Shown: piece after piece, positions 1 through 8,586 of the stretch
Numbering within the stretch: position 1 is the stretch's first letter
How the letters are laid out: each line of letters begins with the position of its first letter
The notes under the pieces: model-generated
What the model was told of the DNA's origin: nothing
Database searches by the model: none
The model's input: the letters and a program-made list of their open reading frames with translations, nothing else
Assembly (NCBI GenBank): GCA_944326515.1
Contig: CALVEI010000001.1
Coordinates: 73,604 to 137,603, forward strand
Direction of reading: 5' to 3'
Origin: Candidatus Gastranaerophilales bacterium
GTDB taxonomy: Bacteria; Cyanobacteriota; Vampirovibrionia; Gastranaerophilales; Gastranaerophilaceae
DNA length: 64,000 nucleotides
Translations under genes and position numbers: made by a program

Positions 1-1
1 T

Positions 2-286
2 TATACAGTTAAATTGCTTTCAAAATTGAGACCTTCTGTGCCTGTATTGGCTATTTCTGATAGTGAAAAAGCTTGCAGAAAATTGAACCTATTCTGGGAT
101 ATGCACCCATATCAAAAAGATTGGGATGTTGTTCTTAACGATGAATTGTTGAAAAAAATCGACAAATTGTTGTTAGAAAAAACAGAATTCAAAAAAGATG
201 ACAGAGTTATCATTATCGGTTCTATTCCAAAACTTATTTCTGGTAGAACTAACTTTGTTCGTGTTCACAGAATGTGTGCATTTTAA
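2..286 (+). CDS. pyk: Pyruvate kinase, C-terminal fragment (5' end lies outside the window)
   Basis: The frame is open from the window edge. The sequence SKLRPSVPVLAISDSEKACRKLNLFWDMHPY...IIIGSIP matches the PK C-terminal regulatory domain pattern. Confidence 0.75.
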   Translation, partial: YTVKLLSKLRPSVPVLAISDSEKACRKLNLFWDMHPYQKDWDVVLNDELLKKIDKLLLEKTEFKKDDRVIIIGSIPKLISGRTNFVRVHRMCAF

Positions 287-314
287 TCTGTTTAAGAAAC
301 ATACATACAAAAAA

Positions 315-342
315 GGCTGTCACGTTTGTGACAGTCTTTTTT
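315..342. terminator. Bidirectional Rho-independent terminator between pyk and the convergent murA operon
   Basis: A 9-bp stem (GGCTGTCAC / GTGACAGTC) with a GTTT loop, flanked by an A-run upstream and a T-run downstream. Confidence 0.7.
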
Positions 343-368
343 GTATTATTAAAAAGTTATTTTAAAAA

Positions 369-704
369 TTATTCTTGCGGTTGTTTTTTGGCATTTTTAT
401 CGATGCCCATGTCTTCAAGAGATTTAATAAAGTTTTCTGCTGCAGACTTTTGTATTTCAGGTGGAACGACCCTTAACAGTTCTACAGTTTTTGATATAAC
501 AGGGTCTTTGTCATACCATCTGTTGCCGTTTATAGGTTTAACCATTTCATAAAATTTGTCTATAGTTTCTTTGGATACTTTTTCTTCTATTTTAGCAAGA
601 AAAACCTCTGCTTGAGCTCTTAATTCGTCTTGGTAATTGCGTAAAAGCTCAACTACTTCCATTAAAACCGGATCATGATCGTACCATCTTTTATATTGAG
701 GCAT
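369..704 (-). CDS. Hypothetical small protein with an internally duplicated RWYD-x-DPV motif
   Basis: 111-aa ORF whose start overlaps the murA stop by 14 nt. Two copies of RWYD(H/K)DPV(L/I)..VELLR lie about 55 aa apart. Confidence 0.55.
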   Translation of the reverse strand: MPQYKRWYDHDPVLMEVVELLRNYQDELRAQAEVFLAKIEEKVSKETIDKFYEMVKPINGNRWYDKDPVISKTVELLRVVPPEIQKSAAENFIKSLEDMGIDKNAKKQPQE

Positions 705-2028
705 TGACGTTCCCTTTATTGTTAACCTCTATGATATTTTTTGGTAAAATATCACTTTCATCATTGTATCTTACTATATCTGCCCCTAAATTGGCAAATT
801 TAGTTTCAAACAATTCATAACCTCTATCGATGTGGTGAAGTGCTTCAATCTCGCTTTCGCCTTCTGCCATAAGTGCTGCAACGATTAACGATGCACCTGC
901 TCTAAGGTCACTTGCCTTTACATTTGCTCCGTTAAGGCGTTCTACCCCTCTGATAAGTGCGTGGTTTCTTTCTTGATGAATATCAGCGCCCATTCTGCGA
1001 AGTTCAGGAACTTGCATGAATCTATTTTCGTACAAACTTTCTGTAACAATGCTCACTCCGTCTGCTGTTGTTAACATTGCCATTGCAATTGCTTGTAAGT
1101 CGGTTGGAAATCCCGGGTAAGGTTGAGTTACAATGTTTACTGAGTTAAGTCTTTGATTACAGCTTACTTCAATGACTGTAGGTTCAATCAATTTTATGTT
1201 TGCACCCATCTTAATTAACTTTGAATTATAGAAAGTTAAATGTGATGGTAAAACATTTTTGATTATACCTTTACCTTTGGTAGCAATAATAGCTGCCATG
1301 TAGGTTCCCGCTTCGATTCTATCAGGTATTGTAGTGTATTCTATAGGGTGTAAGTCTTCTTGTTTTACACCATTGATTACAATCTCTGATGTGCCTGCGC
1401 CTGAAATATCTGCGCCCATCGCGTTTAAGAAGTTTGCTAAATCAACAATTTCAGGTTCTTGAGCAGCATTTTGGATTCTTGTTGCACCTTCTGCTAATAT
1501 AGCTGCAAGCATTAAGTTTTCTGTTGCACCTACAGAAGGTATATCAAGATAAATGTCTGTTCCAACAAGTTTTTGTGCATTTGCGTGTACATAGCCGTTT
1601 TCGATTTTTATTTCTGCTCCAAGAGCTTCAAGGCCTTTGATGTGGAAATCAACACGTCTTTCGCCAATGGCACAACCGCCAGGTAATGCAACAATAGCTT
1701 CTTTACATCTAGTGACTAATGCACCGAGAATTATGAATGAAGCTCTCATTTTGCTAACAAGTTCATATTTAGCAGTGATACTTGTAATATCTGTTGCATC
1801 AATAGAAACTGTTTTAGCTATTTTGTCATATTTTGTTTTTACGCCAAGTTCTTCGATTACACGAAGCATTATATTTACATCGGTAAGCTCAGGTACATTA
1901 TGAATAATAGTTTCGCCTTTTGGCAAAATTGCTGCAGCCATAAGCTTTAATACAGCATTTTTTGCACCGCTGATTGAAACTTCTCCTTTTAATGTACTAC
2001 CGCCTTTTATTTTTAGTTTTTCAACCAA
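691..2028 (-). CDS. murA: UDP-N-acetylglucosamine 1-carboxyvinyltransferase
   Basis: 445 aa. N-terminus KIKGGSTLKGEVSISGAKNA, active-site LPGGCAIGERRVDFHIKGLEALGA, and a typical MurA C-terminus. Confidence 0.95.
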   Translation of the reverse strand: MVEKLKIKGGSTLKGEVSISGAKNAVLKLMAAAILPKGETIIHNVPELTDVNIMLRVIEELGVKTKYDKIAKTVSIDATDITSITAKYELVSKMRASFIILGALVTRCKEAIVALPGGCAIGERRVDFHIKGLEALGAEIKIENGYVHANAQKLVGTDIYLDIPSVGATENLMLAAILAEGATRIQNAAQEPEIVDLANFLNAMGADISGAGTSEIVINGVKQEDLHPIEYTTIPDRIEAGTYMAAIIATKGKGIIKNVLPSHLTFYNSKLIKMGANIKLIEPTVIEVSCNQRLNSVNIVTQPYPGFPTDLQAIAMAMLTTADGVSIVTESLYENRFMQVPELRRMGADIHQERNHALIRGVERLNGANVKASDLRAGASLIVAALMAEGESEIEALHHIDRGYELFETKFANLGADIVRYNDESDILPKNIIEVNNKGNVNASI

Positions 2029-2119
2029 GATATCCCTCCGGGATTATTCCATATATTGTCTGTTCTATTATCATAATATAACCAACATGGATTGTCGTAC
2101 ATAATTTAATTAATGTAAA

Positions 2120-3406
2120 TTACAGTTTTCCGATTTGTTGAAGATTAATATTTTTTAAATTCCAATCATATTTTGGTAATTCTTTTTTCTGGTTTTGTTT
2201 ATTTTCAGGTTTAGAATAATAAACAGATGGTTTTGTATTGTTTTGCGGTGGTTTGTCCATTATCGGAGTAAGAACTTTTGGTTCTTGTTTTTTGATTGAA
2301 GATTCGATTTGTACTGCGGGTGTAACTTTTTGTTCTTTTTCCGGTGGTAATGAATTTGAAACATCATCGATATTGTTTTTAATTGTGTCAAAAAGTTGAG
2401 TTTCTTCTTTTTGTTGTTTTACTTTATTTTTTGTTTTTGTTGGTTGAGAAATACTTTGTTCAAGCTGTTTTATTTCTTCTGTTTGACGTTTTTGTTCCAA
2501 CAGCCTAACGTTTTCAATATGTTTTTTTTGTTCTTTTTCTAATCTGCGTTTTTCTCGTTTTGTATTGTAGTTATTTTTTGCATCGTTAAAGTTTTGCTTT
2601 ACAACTTCTCCATTGACAGACGGGTAATAGAGTTTTGTTCCTTCATTGAGGAATTTGCTTTTCATTTCTATGGCTTTAGGTTCTTCTTTAGGGTGAAGCG
2701 AAGGATTAACTTTTTTATCAATTTCACGAGTTACGTATTGAGACATTGTCGCAGAGTATTTTTTGATTTTTGCAAGTTGTGGATAACTTGGTGAAAACTG
2801 AGTTATTCCCAAATCGTAATCGTCTGCTTTCAAGTCTCTTAAATACATATCTTGCCATACTATGGAGTAGGTTTTTTTGTCGATTAATGTTATTAAAGTG
2901 CTTAATTTATAGGTTGGTACAATAGGGTCACCTTCTGCGAGTCCTAGTTTGTTCCACCAAGTAGTTTTTAAAAAGTGACTTTGAATGTCCATTCCGCTTG
3001 TTACCATAAGTATGTAATCAGCGTTTATATTCTGCGTTACACGTTTGAGATTTACAAAATCAATGTTGTAATTATTTTTGTACTCTCTAAAAAATGTCAA
3101 ATAATAAAGAGGAATGTTTCTTTGTGTAATGTTTGACATTGTTTCGCCAAGTAATGGAGCTTTTATGCGACCAGTTTTGTTGATTTCGTTAATAATATCT
3201 TCTGCAATAATATCTGATGCGGCACCGCAGATTATGTATGTTGTGCCGTTTCTGTGACCGGAGTCGCTTAATACTGCTACGGTTGGAATTTTTTTGTTTT
3301 GATTGGCTGCAAAACATTTTTTATCAACGCCAAAAAATGTTGCAAATAAAGCTAATACGCACAAAATATATTTTATAGTTTTATTAAAAATCATACCTAT
3401 CCCCAT
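2120..3406 (-). CDS. Hypothetical secreted or membrane-anchored protein with a K/E/Q-rich C-terminal half
   Basis: 428-aa ORF with an N-terminal hydrophobic signal-like segment. The C-terminal half is a low-complexity charged region (KREKRRLEKEQKKHIENVRLLEQKRQTEE...). Confidence 0.55.
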   Translation of the reverse strand: MGIGMIFNKTIKYILCVLALFATFFGVDKKCFAANQNKKIPTVAVLSDSGHRNGTTYIICGAASDIIAEDIINEINKTGRIKAPLLGETMSNITQRNIPLYYLTFFREYKNNYNIDFVNLKRVTQNINADYILMVTSGMDIQSHFLKTTWWNKLGLAEGDPIVPTYKLSTLITLIDKKTYSIVWQDMYLRDLKADDYDLGITQFSPSYPQLAKIKKYSATMSQYVTREIDKKVNPSLHPKEEPKAIEMKSKFLNEGTKLYYPSVNGEVVKQNFNDAKNNYNTKREKRRLEKEQKKHIENVRLLEQKRQTEEIKQLEQSISQPTKTKNKVKQQKEETQLFDTIKNNIDDVSNSLPPEKEQKVTPAVQIESSIKKQEPKVLTPIMDKPPQNNTKPSVYYSKPENKQNQKKELPKYDWNLKNINLQQIGKL

Positions 3407-3547
3407 TATTCTTTCAACATTATCGTTGTTTTTAGACTTTTTTTTATCCCTTAAATACTGTATTTTTGGATATTTTGAGTTAAAAATTTTTATAATTGTA
3501 GTAAAATATATTTTACGGAATATAAATAATTACAGGTAAACAACGGA

Positions 3548-3940
3548 ATGTTAGATAATCAAGAACTTTTAAACTTGGCAAAACAAGCTTGTGAAAACGC
3601 ATATGTGCCGTATTCAAAATTTCACGTGGGTGCTTGTGCCCTTTATGATACAGGCAATTATTACGTTGGTTGTAATGTAGAAAATGCAAGTTACGGTTTG
3701 TCTTTGTGTGCAGAGCGCAACGCTATGTCTAATGCCATAGTTGCAGGCGAAAAAGGTAAGCTTGTTAAGATTGCAATTTTTTCAAAAGATAGAACAAACT
3801 GTATGCCTTGTGGGGCTTGCAGACAGTGGATGGCAGAGTTTAAAAAAGATAAGGATTTACAAATAATTCTTGAAAGTGAAGATGCTAAATGTGCTGTTTT
3901 CACTATTGATGAACTTTTGCCTTACGGTTTTGAGCTTTAA
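3548..3940 (+). CDS. cdd: Cytidine deaminase
   Basis: 130 aa with zinc-ligand motifs CAERNA and PCGACRQ at cdd-typical spacing. Confidence 0.9.
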   Translation: MLDNQELLNLAKQACENAYVPYSKFHVGACALYDTGNYYVGCNVENASYGLSLCAERNAMSNAIVAGEKGKLVKIAIFSKDRTNCMPCGACRQWMAEFKKDKDLQIILESEDAKCAVFTIDELLPYGFEL

Positions 3941-4170
3941 TTTTTTTTAGCAGTGTCGCCGTAATCCCACATATAAATCTGCCCACAATAACGGCAGACT
4001 GCGTGTTGGTTCATAAAATTCAAATCAGGAATAAATGTGTAACCGTCAACGGTAATAACAATATCACCGTTTTTGTTGTATTCCTGTTTATAGTTTTTTG
4101 CACCTTTGTAATTAGGTGCAAACATCAATTCAAATTTATCTACTGATTTACAATTTTTGCAGATAAACAT
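3937..4170 (-). CDS. Small zinc-ribbon protein (CxxC...CxxC)
   Basis: 77 aa with CKNC near the N-terminus and CRYC near the C-terminus. Its start overlaps the stop of the upstream membrane-protein gene by 1 nt (TAATG coupling). Confidence 0.5.
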   Translation of the reverse strand: MFICKNCKSVDKFELMFAPNYKGAKNYKQEYNKNGDIVITVDGYTFIPDLNFMNQHAVCRYCGQIYMWDYGDTAKKN

Positions 4171-5159
4171 TAATCTTCGTCATCCTCGTCTTTGATTCTT
4201 CTTTTAGAAGGTCTTGCTGCTCTTTGAGCTAGTTTTTCAGCAGCTATTTTACCTGCATAGTTTCTTTTGTTTATATCTTTATACAATTCTGTACAACAAA
4301 GGCTTCTTAACGGTAATGTGAAACCTGTTACTGCAAATGATACAACTGCAAGCACAATATGTTTTGCTATATCGTAGCTTTTTAATGTCAGTGGAATATG
4401 GTTTTGTGCCAGTATAGCGTTAAAATCATCTAAAGGTAAAAGTCTTATATATTGTTCAACAGGGTAAGAGAAAAAACCGCCTAAATCACCGACTTCAAAA
4501 CCCCAACTGATAAGACCTGGCACGAGCCAATAAGTTGTTATGCCAAGTATTATCAAAAGTGATGCGGTTTTCCAAAAATTGAATTTTACATATCCGATAG
4601 CTGTTCTTATTGCGTCAAAGGCACTTTTGTCTTCTTCAATGGCAAAAACCTGAAAACTCAATGCAAGATACACAAATACTACAGCCAAAAGTCCCCACAA
4701 AAGCGGGAATGATAAAATCAAATATATTATAGAAATAAATAACAAAAATAGTATGTAAGAACCTGCTCTGCGTCTTATCAACTCTGTATGTACGCTTGTG
4801 TCTTCTATGTTACCGCCTTCTAAAAGTGAGCTTGCCATAGAGTTTAAAGCTGCAAGCGCAACAAGATAATCCCAAAAAGCCTTACAAAAGATAAAGAACC
4901 CGGGTAATGTCAATACAATAAGCATTAAAAATACCAAAGGTATATTATCAAAAATAGGGCTTTTATTGGTTAATGTTGACACGTGTAGTGTGAAAATATA
5001 AGAAGCAAAAAATATTAACGAGATTCCGACAATTTGTCCAAATATAGGGAAGGCCATATACTTAAAAAACTTTTCAAAGTTTAAAAAGTATAGTTTTACT
5101 CCGTTTAAAAATATTTTCAAAACGCTTGCAAAAGCCGAATCTTTTTTAGTTTTTGCCAT
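4170..5159 (-). CDS. Hypothetical polytopic membrane protein with a basic/acidic C-terminal tail
   Basis: 329 aa with several long hydrophobic segments. Translationally coupled to the downstream zinc-ribbon ORF. Confidence 0.6.
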   Translation of the reverse strand: MAKTKKDSAFASVLKIFLNGVKLYFLNFEKFFKYMAFPIFGQIVGISLIFFASYIFTLHVSTLTNKSPIFDNIPLVFLMLIVLTLPGFFIFCKAFWDYLVALAALNSMASSLLEGGNIEDTSVHTELIRRRAGSYILFLLFISIIYLILSFPLLWGLLAVVFVYLALSFQVFAIEEDKSAFDAIRTAIGYVKFNFWKTASLLIILGITTYWLVPGLISWGFEVGDLGGFFSYPVEQYIRLLPLDDFNAILAQNHIPLTLKSYDIAKHIVLAVVSFAVTGFTLPLRSLCCTELYKDINKRNYAGKIAAEKLAQRAARPSKRRIKDEDDED

Positions 5160-5202
5160 ATAATTCCTCTCATAAACTTATGTTTATATTAACATGTAAA
5201 GT

Positions 5203-5859
5203 ATGGACGAGCAAAAGAAAAATATACTGGATTTTTTGAGAAGTTTAACAGAGGAAGATTTTAAGGGTCAGGTTGATTTGCATATGCACTCAAATTTTTC
5301 TGACGGCGAACTCACTCCGCAAGAACTTGTGCAAGACGCTATTAATAAAGGTTATCGAAAAATTGCAATAGCTGATCATAACACTGTAGAGGGTTATAAA
5401 AAAACAGATATTCTTGAATCAGGTATGGTTTTGACGGCAATAGAATTTGATTGTTGGTACAAAGGTGTGCTTGTTCATATACTTGGTTATGGTGTTGATA
5501 TAAATAATGCAGACTTGTTGAAGCTGTGTGCAAAAAATAAAAAAGAAACAGAAGCCGATATTGTAAGACTTTTTAATCATCGCCACCCAAAAGATGTTAT
5601 AAAAGCTATACATTCAGCCGGTGGTGCTGCTGTTTTGGCGCATCCGGCATGTTATTGGGCGATAAATCTGGATCATTTTGTTAAAACCTTGATAGATTTG
5701 GGTTTAGACGGTATAGAGTCATATTATCCTTACAGGCGCCACAGAGGAATAATTAAATTCCATACTGCAGAAGCGGTAAGACGTATTGCAAGAAAATACA
5801 ATCTCATTATGACAGGCGGGTCAGATTCGCACAGAGTGATTGAGAGTATTTTTCACTAG
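5203..5859 (+). CDS. PHP-domain metal-dependent phosphoesterase
   Basis: DLHMHSNFSDGE and IAIADHNT motifs, later AHP and GGSDSH. This is the typical PHP histidine pattern. Confidence 0.8.
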   Translation: MDEQKKNILDFLRSLTEEDFKGQVDLHMHSNFSDGELTPQELVQDAINKGYRKIAIADHNTVEGYKKTDILESGMVLTAIEFDCWYKGVLVHILGYGVDINNADLLKLCAKNKKETEADIVRLFNHRHPKDVIKAIHSAGGAAVLAHPACYWAINLDHFVKTLIDLGLDGIESYYPYRRHRGIIKFHTAEAVRRIARKYNLIMTGGSDSHRVIESIFH

Positions 5860-6074
5860 ATTTTTAGGATTTTGTGAATGTCGTTTACTTCTTTTTTTAT
5901 TATATTTAGTTGATTGTACAATATTTCTGCTATTACTTCTGAATCGTAGGGTTTACAGTTCATCTCTTCTCTTAAACAACATAACAATATTCGTGTTAAG
6001 CTTTCCGCGTTAAATCTTTTAAAAGCAATTTTTTGCATTTTGTATTTTAATTTTTTTAATTCTTTGACTTTCAT
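5856..6074 (-). CDS. Hypothetical small protein
   Basis: 72-aa ORF, divergent from the RHH gene. No recognisable motif. Confidence 0.3.
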   Translation of the reverse strand: MKVKELKKLKYKMQKIAFKRFNAESLTRILLCCLREEMNCKPYDSEVIAEILYNQLNIIKKEVNDIHKILKI

Positions 6075-6084
6075 TGTTTTAGTG

Positions 6085-6112
6085 TTGTTAAATAGTTTGT
6101 AAACTATATAAT
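6085..6112 (+). promoter_or_regulatory. Candidate sigma70-type promoter for the RHH gene
   Basis: TTGTTA, 16-nt spacer, TATAAT. The inverted-repeat half-site starts immediately downstream. Confidence 0.4.
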
Positions 6113-6187
6113 AACCCTTTGCAATTTACTTTTCAAGATAGTGCCTATAAAATTTATAATAAGTTTACAAAAGAATTGCAAAGGGTT
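6094..6187 (+). promoter_or_regulatory. Operator-like or RBS-occluding inverted repeats upstream of the RHH gene
   Basis: A perfect 14-nt inverted repeat, AACCCTTTGCAATT (6113-6126) / AATTGCAAAGGGTT (6174-6187). A second 10-nt pair, TTTGTAAACT (6096-6105) / AGTTTACAAA (6162-6171). The distal copy covers the AAGGG Shine-Dalgarno-like tract. Confidence 0.5.
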
Positions 6188-6195
6188 TGTTAACT

Positions 6196-6348
6196 TTGAC
6201 TATAAAAGAAGAAAATCAAAGGTTTGTAGTTGTTATAGAAAAAGAAATTATAGAATCATTTAAAGTGCTTGCAAAAAAGGAAAATCGTTCTGCAAGTAAT
6301 TTGGCTGCCACTTTAATAAAAAATTATGTAGAAGAACATACTAAATAA
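6196..6348 (+). CDS. Ribbon-helix-helix (CopG/Arc/MetJ-like) DNA-binding protein, TTG start (not in the supplied ORF track)
   Basis: My own translation gives a 50-aa product: LTIKEENQRFVVVIEKEIIESFKVLAKKENRSASNLAATLIKNYVEEHTK. This is the beta-strand plus two-helix pattern typical of RHH repressors or antitoxins. Confidence 0.5.
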   Translation: MTIKEENQRFVVVIEKEIIESFKVLAKKENRSASNLAATLIKNYVEEHTK

Positions 6349-6456
6349 TAGTGGTTTGTGTTTTATAATAAATAAGGTTTTGTTCTCTGTGTAAGTGTAT
6401 TTTAAGAGATTTTTTTGTGAACATGCCTATATCATGTAAGAAGGTTAATATACAAA

Positions 6457-6546
6457 ATCGTCATTCTGAGCGAAGCGAAGAATCGCATTGACTTTTGATT
6501 ATTTGTGGGCTGGTGGGATGTTTCGCCAAAGGCTCAACATGACGAT
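6457..6546. repeat. REP/MITE-like imperfect palindromic GC-rich element
   Basis: Arms ATCGTCATTCTGAGCGAAGCGAAGAATC and GATGTTTCGCCAAAGGCTCAACATGACGAT (reverse complement ATCGTCATGTTGAGCC...) around a roughly 32-nt spacer. It shares GCGAAG-type submotifs with the other repeats. Confidence 0.6.
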
Positions 6547-6641
6547 ATCTGATTTTTCTGTTATTACACTTTCTTAGGATGATTTATACAGATAATATAA
6601 TTTAAGTACATGTAAAGAATCATAAGATTTTTGTGTAGAAA

Positions 6642-6872
6642 TTAATTTCTATTTTGTTCTTCTTCAAAGTCATGTAATAACTGTGCGGGGGTTTTGTTAT
6701 AGCCTGTTGCTATTTTTTCAAGCACAGAAATTTTTATTTCCAAAAGATTATTTTCAACGCGACTAAGCGTTGAGGGTTCAATTCCATTTTTGTATGCAAA
6801 GGAGTTAAGTTTATAACCCTTTGCTTCTCTTATTTTTTTTAAATATTTAGATAATTTTTGATTGTATTGCAT
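6642..6872 (-). CDS. XRE-family helix-turn-helix transcriptional regulator
   Basis: 76 aa. LKKIREAKGYKLNSFAYKNGIEPSTLSRVENN is the classic HTH_3 pattern. It lies 30 nt downstream of infC. Confidence 0.8.
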   Translation of the reverse strand: MQYNQKLSKYLKKIREAKGYKLNSFAYKNGIEPSTLSRVENNLLEIKISVLEKIATGYNKTPAQLLHDFEEEQNRN

Positions 6873-6902
6873 ATCTGCAACTCTTTAACTTTTGGAAAAA
6901 TC

Positions 6903-7439
6903 CTAGTTAGCAGGTGCAAGGATGATGATAAGGTTTCTGCCTTCCATAGAAGGTTTTTTCTCAACGTTGATAGGTTCACCTTCTAAATCTGCAATAAATC
7001 TGTTTGCAAGGTCAAAAGCAAGTTCTGTGTGTTGCATTTCACGACCTCTTAACATGATAACGATTTTAACTTTGTCACCTGATGCAATAAATTTTTTGAT
7101 GTTTTTGATTCTTACGTTGTAATCATGAACATCTATTTTATATCTGATTTTGATTTCTTTAATTTCTACGGTATGTTGTTTTTTCTTGGCTTCTTTAGCC
7201 TTTTTTTCCATCTCGTATTTGTACTTTCCGTAGTTCATAATTTTCGCTACGGGTGGGTTTTGGTTTGGAGATACAACTACCAAATCCAGGTCTTTTTCAT
7301 CGGCCATTCTTTGGGCTTCTATTGTAGGGATAACTCCGAAGTTCTCACCTTCACTGCCTATCAATCTTACTTCTTTACATCTTATGTTTCTGTTAATTAA
7401 AGCTGCGTCCTTGTTGCCGCTTGAAAAATCTCTGCTAAT
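6903..7439 (-). CDS. infC: Translation initiation factor IF-3 with an ATT start codon
   Basis: IF-3 N and C domains (EVRLIGSEGENFGVIPT..., KEIKIRYKIDVHDYNVRIKNI...). The frame is open 25 codons upstream of the first ATG, back to an ATT preceded by GGAGAACAAACC. Confidence 0.85.
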   Translation of the reverse strand: MSRDFSSGNKDAALINRNIRCKEVRLIGSEGENFGVIPTIEAQRMADEKDLDLVVVSPNQNPPVAKIMNYGKYKYEMEKKAKEAKKKQHTVEIKEIKIRYKIDVHDYNVRIKNIKKFIASGDKVKIVIMLRGREMQHTELAFDLANRFIADLEGEPINVEKKPSMEGRNLIIILAPAN

Positions 7440-7476
7440 GGTTTGTTCTCCTTTATTACGCTATTGTATTTTAATT

Positions 7477-7506
7477 ATTGTAGTGTGCTAAATGCTTAAA
7501 TGTCAA
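7477..7506 (-). promoter_or_regulatory. Candidate sigma70 promoter for infC
   Basis: On the minus strand: TTGACA, 18-nt spacer, TACAAT, about 40 nt upstream of the ATT start. Confidence 0.5.
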
Positions 7507-7531
7507 CAAGCATACGTAGTATAGACTGTTT

Positions 7532-8065
7532 CTATATTCTTACGTTGTAAAGCTCGTTGTATGCGTTAACGAGTTTGTTTCTCATTTGTAATGCCATTTG
7601 CATTGTCAAATTGGCTTTTTGAGACGCAAGCATAACTTCGTGAACGCTTATATCTCCGCCGGAAGCAAATGTTTCTGCTGCTTCATAAGCTGCGTTTTGA
7701 GATTTGTTTACATCGTTTAAGCTGTTAGAAAAAGCGTTACCGATGTCATTTGCCATGTTTTCTACAGCAGAATTTGATCTTCTTTGGTTTTGTGAGTTCA
7801 ATGAGTTTTCTTGAACTTGTGCTACGTTGTCCAGTCTGTCGATTGGCGAAATTCCCATATTCTCCAGACCAACATTCATTTGAATACCTGTGTTTATAAT
7901 AGGTCCTTGCGGAATATTGTTCATATCCTGCATTTTTCCGTTTAATATGTTGTCAAAGTTTGTCATTCCGTTTTTGTCTGACGAAATGTTGAATGACTCC
8001 ATATTCTGGTTAAAAATTTTGTTATAGTTTTGTATTGAATTGTTTGCTATTTGATTAAATTGCAA
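7532..8065 (-). CDS. fliE: Flagellar hook-basal body protein FliE (long form with an N/Q-rich N-terminal extension)
   Basis: The C-terminus HEVMLASQKANLTMQMALQMRNKLVNAYNELYNVRI matches the conserved FliE C-terminus. It follows flgB-flgC. Confidence 0.8.
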   Translation of the reverse strand: MQFNQIANNSIQNYNKIFNQNMESFNISSDKNGMTNFDNILNGKMQDMNNIPQGPIINTGIQMNVGLENMGISPIDRLDNVAQVQENSLNSQNQRRSNSAVENMANDIGNAFSNSLNDVNKSQNAAYEAAETFASGGDISVHEVMLASQKANLTMQMALQMRNKLVNAYNELYNVRI

Positions 8066-8076
8066 TTTTTATACTC

Positions 8077-8583
8077 CTAGATTTTTAATGCGGCAGAAAT
8101 CATACCTTTTGTTGTTTCTGCTGTCGTTACGTTTGCTTCATAAGCACGAGAAGCTGATACCATGTTTACCATTTCTTCAACAACGTTGATGTTAGGCATA
8201 GTTACAAATCCGTCTGCGTCAGCTTCAGGGTTTGACGGGTCATAAACTGTTTTGTAGGGATCGTTAGCAGGTGTGATTTCCGCAACTTCTACCCCTTGAG
8301 AGATTGTTCTGTCGTCGTAAGAAATACCGCCTTTTAGCATTACGGTATTGTTTGTAGGACTAAAGAAAGCCTCGTGTTGACCGTCAGGGAAAGCCGGAGC
8401 ATGGGAGCCTAATCTGTCTGCGTAGATGGCTTTAAAGCTTACGTTTTTTTTGATATAAACCCCCGGTGTGCCGTCAGGGTTTCTTGTTGTGTTAACGTTG
8501 GCGATGTTACTTGCAATGTTATCCATCATTGTTCTTTGAGCATACATGCCGCTGCCTGATATGTCGAATGCGCTAAAACTCAT
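8077..8583 (-). CDS. flgC: Flagellar basal-body rod protein FlgC
   Basis: N-terminus FDISGSGMYAQRTMMDNIASNIANVNTTR and C-terminus SNVNVVEEMVNMVSASRAYEANV. Confidence 0.9.
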   Translation of the reverse strand: MSFSAFDISGSGMYAQRTMMDNIASNIANVNTTRNPDGTPGVYIKKNVSFKAIYADRLGSHAPAFPDGQHEAFFSPTNNTVMLKGGISYDDRTISQGVEVAEITPANDPYKTVYDPSNPEADADGFVTMPNINVVEEMVNMVSASRAYEANVTTAETTKGMISAALKI

Positions 8584-8586
8584 TTA

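Noticed and set aside
274-552. 92-aa plus-strand ORF after pyk
   Set aside because: It runs through the bidirectional terminator and antisense to the RWYD-repeat gene. No RBS is present.
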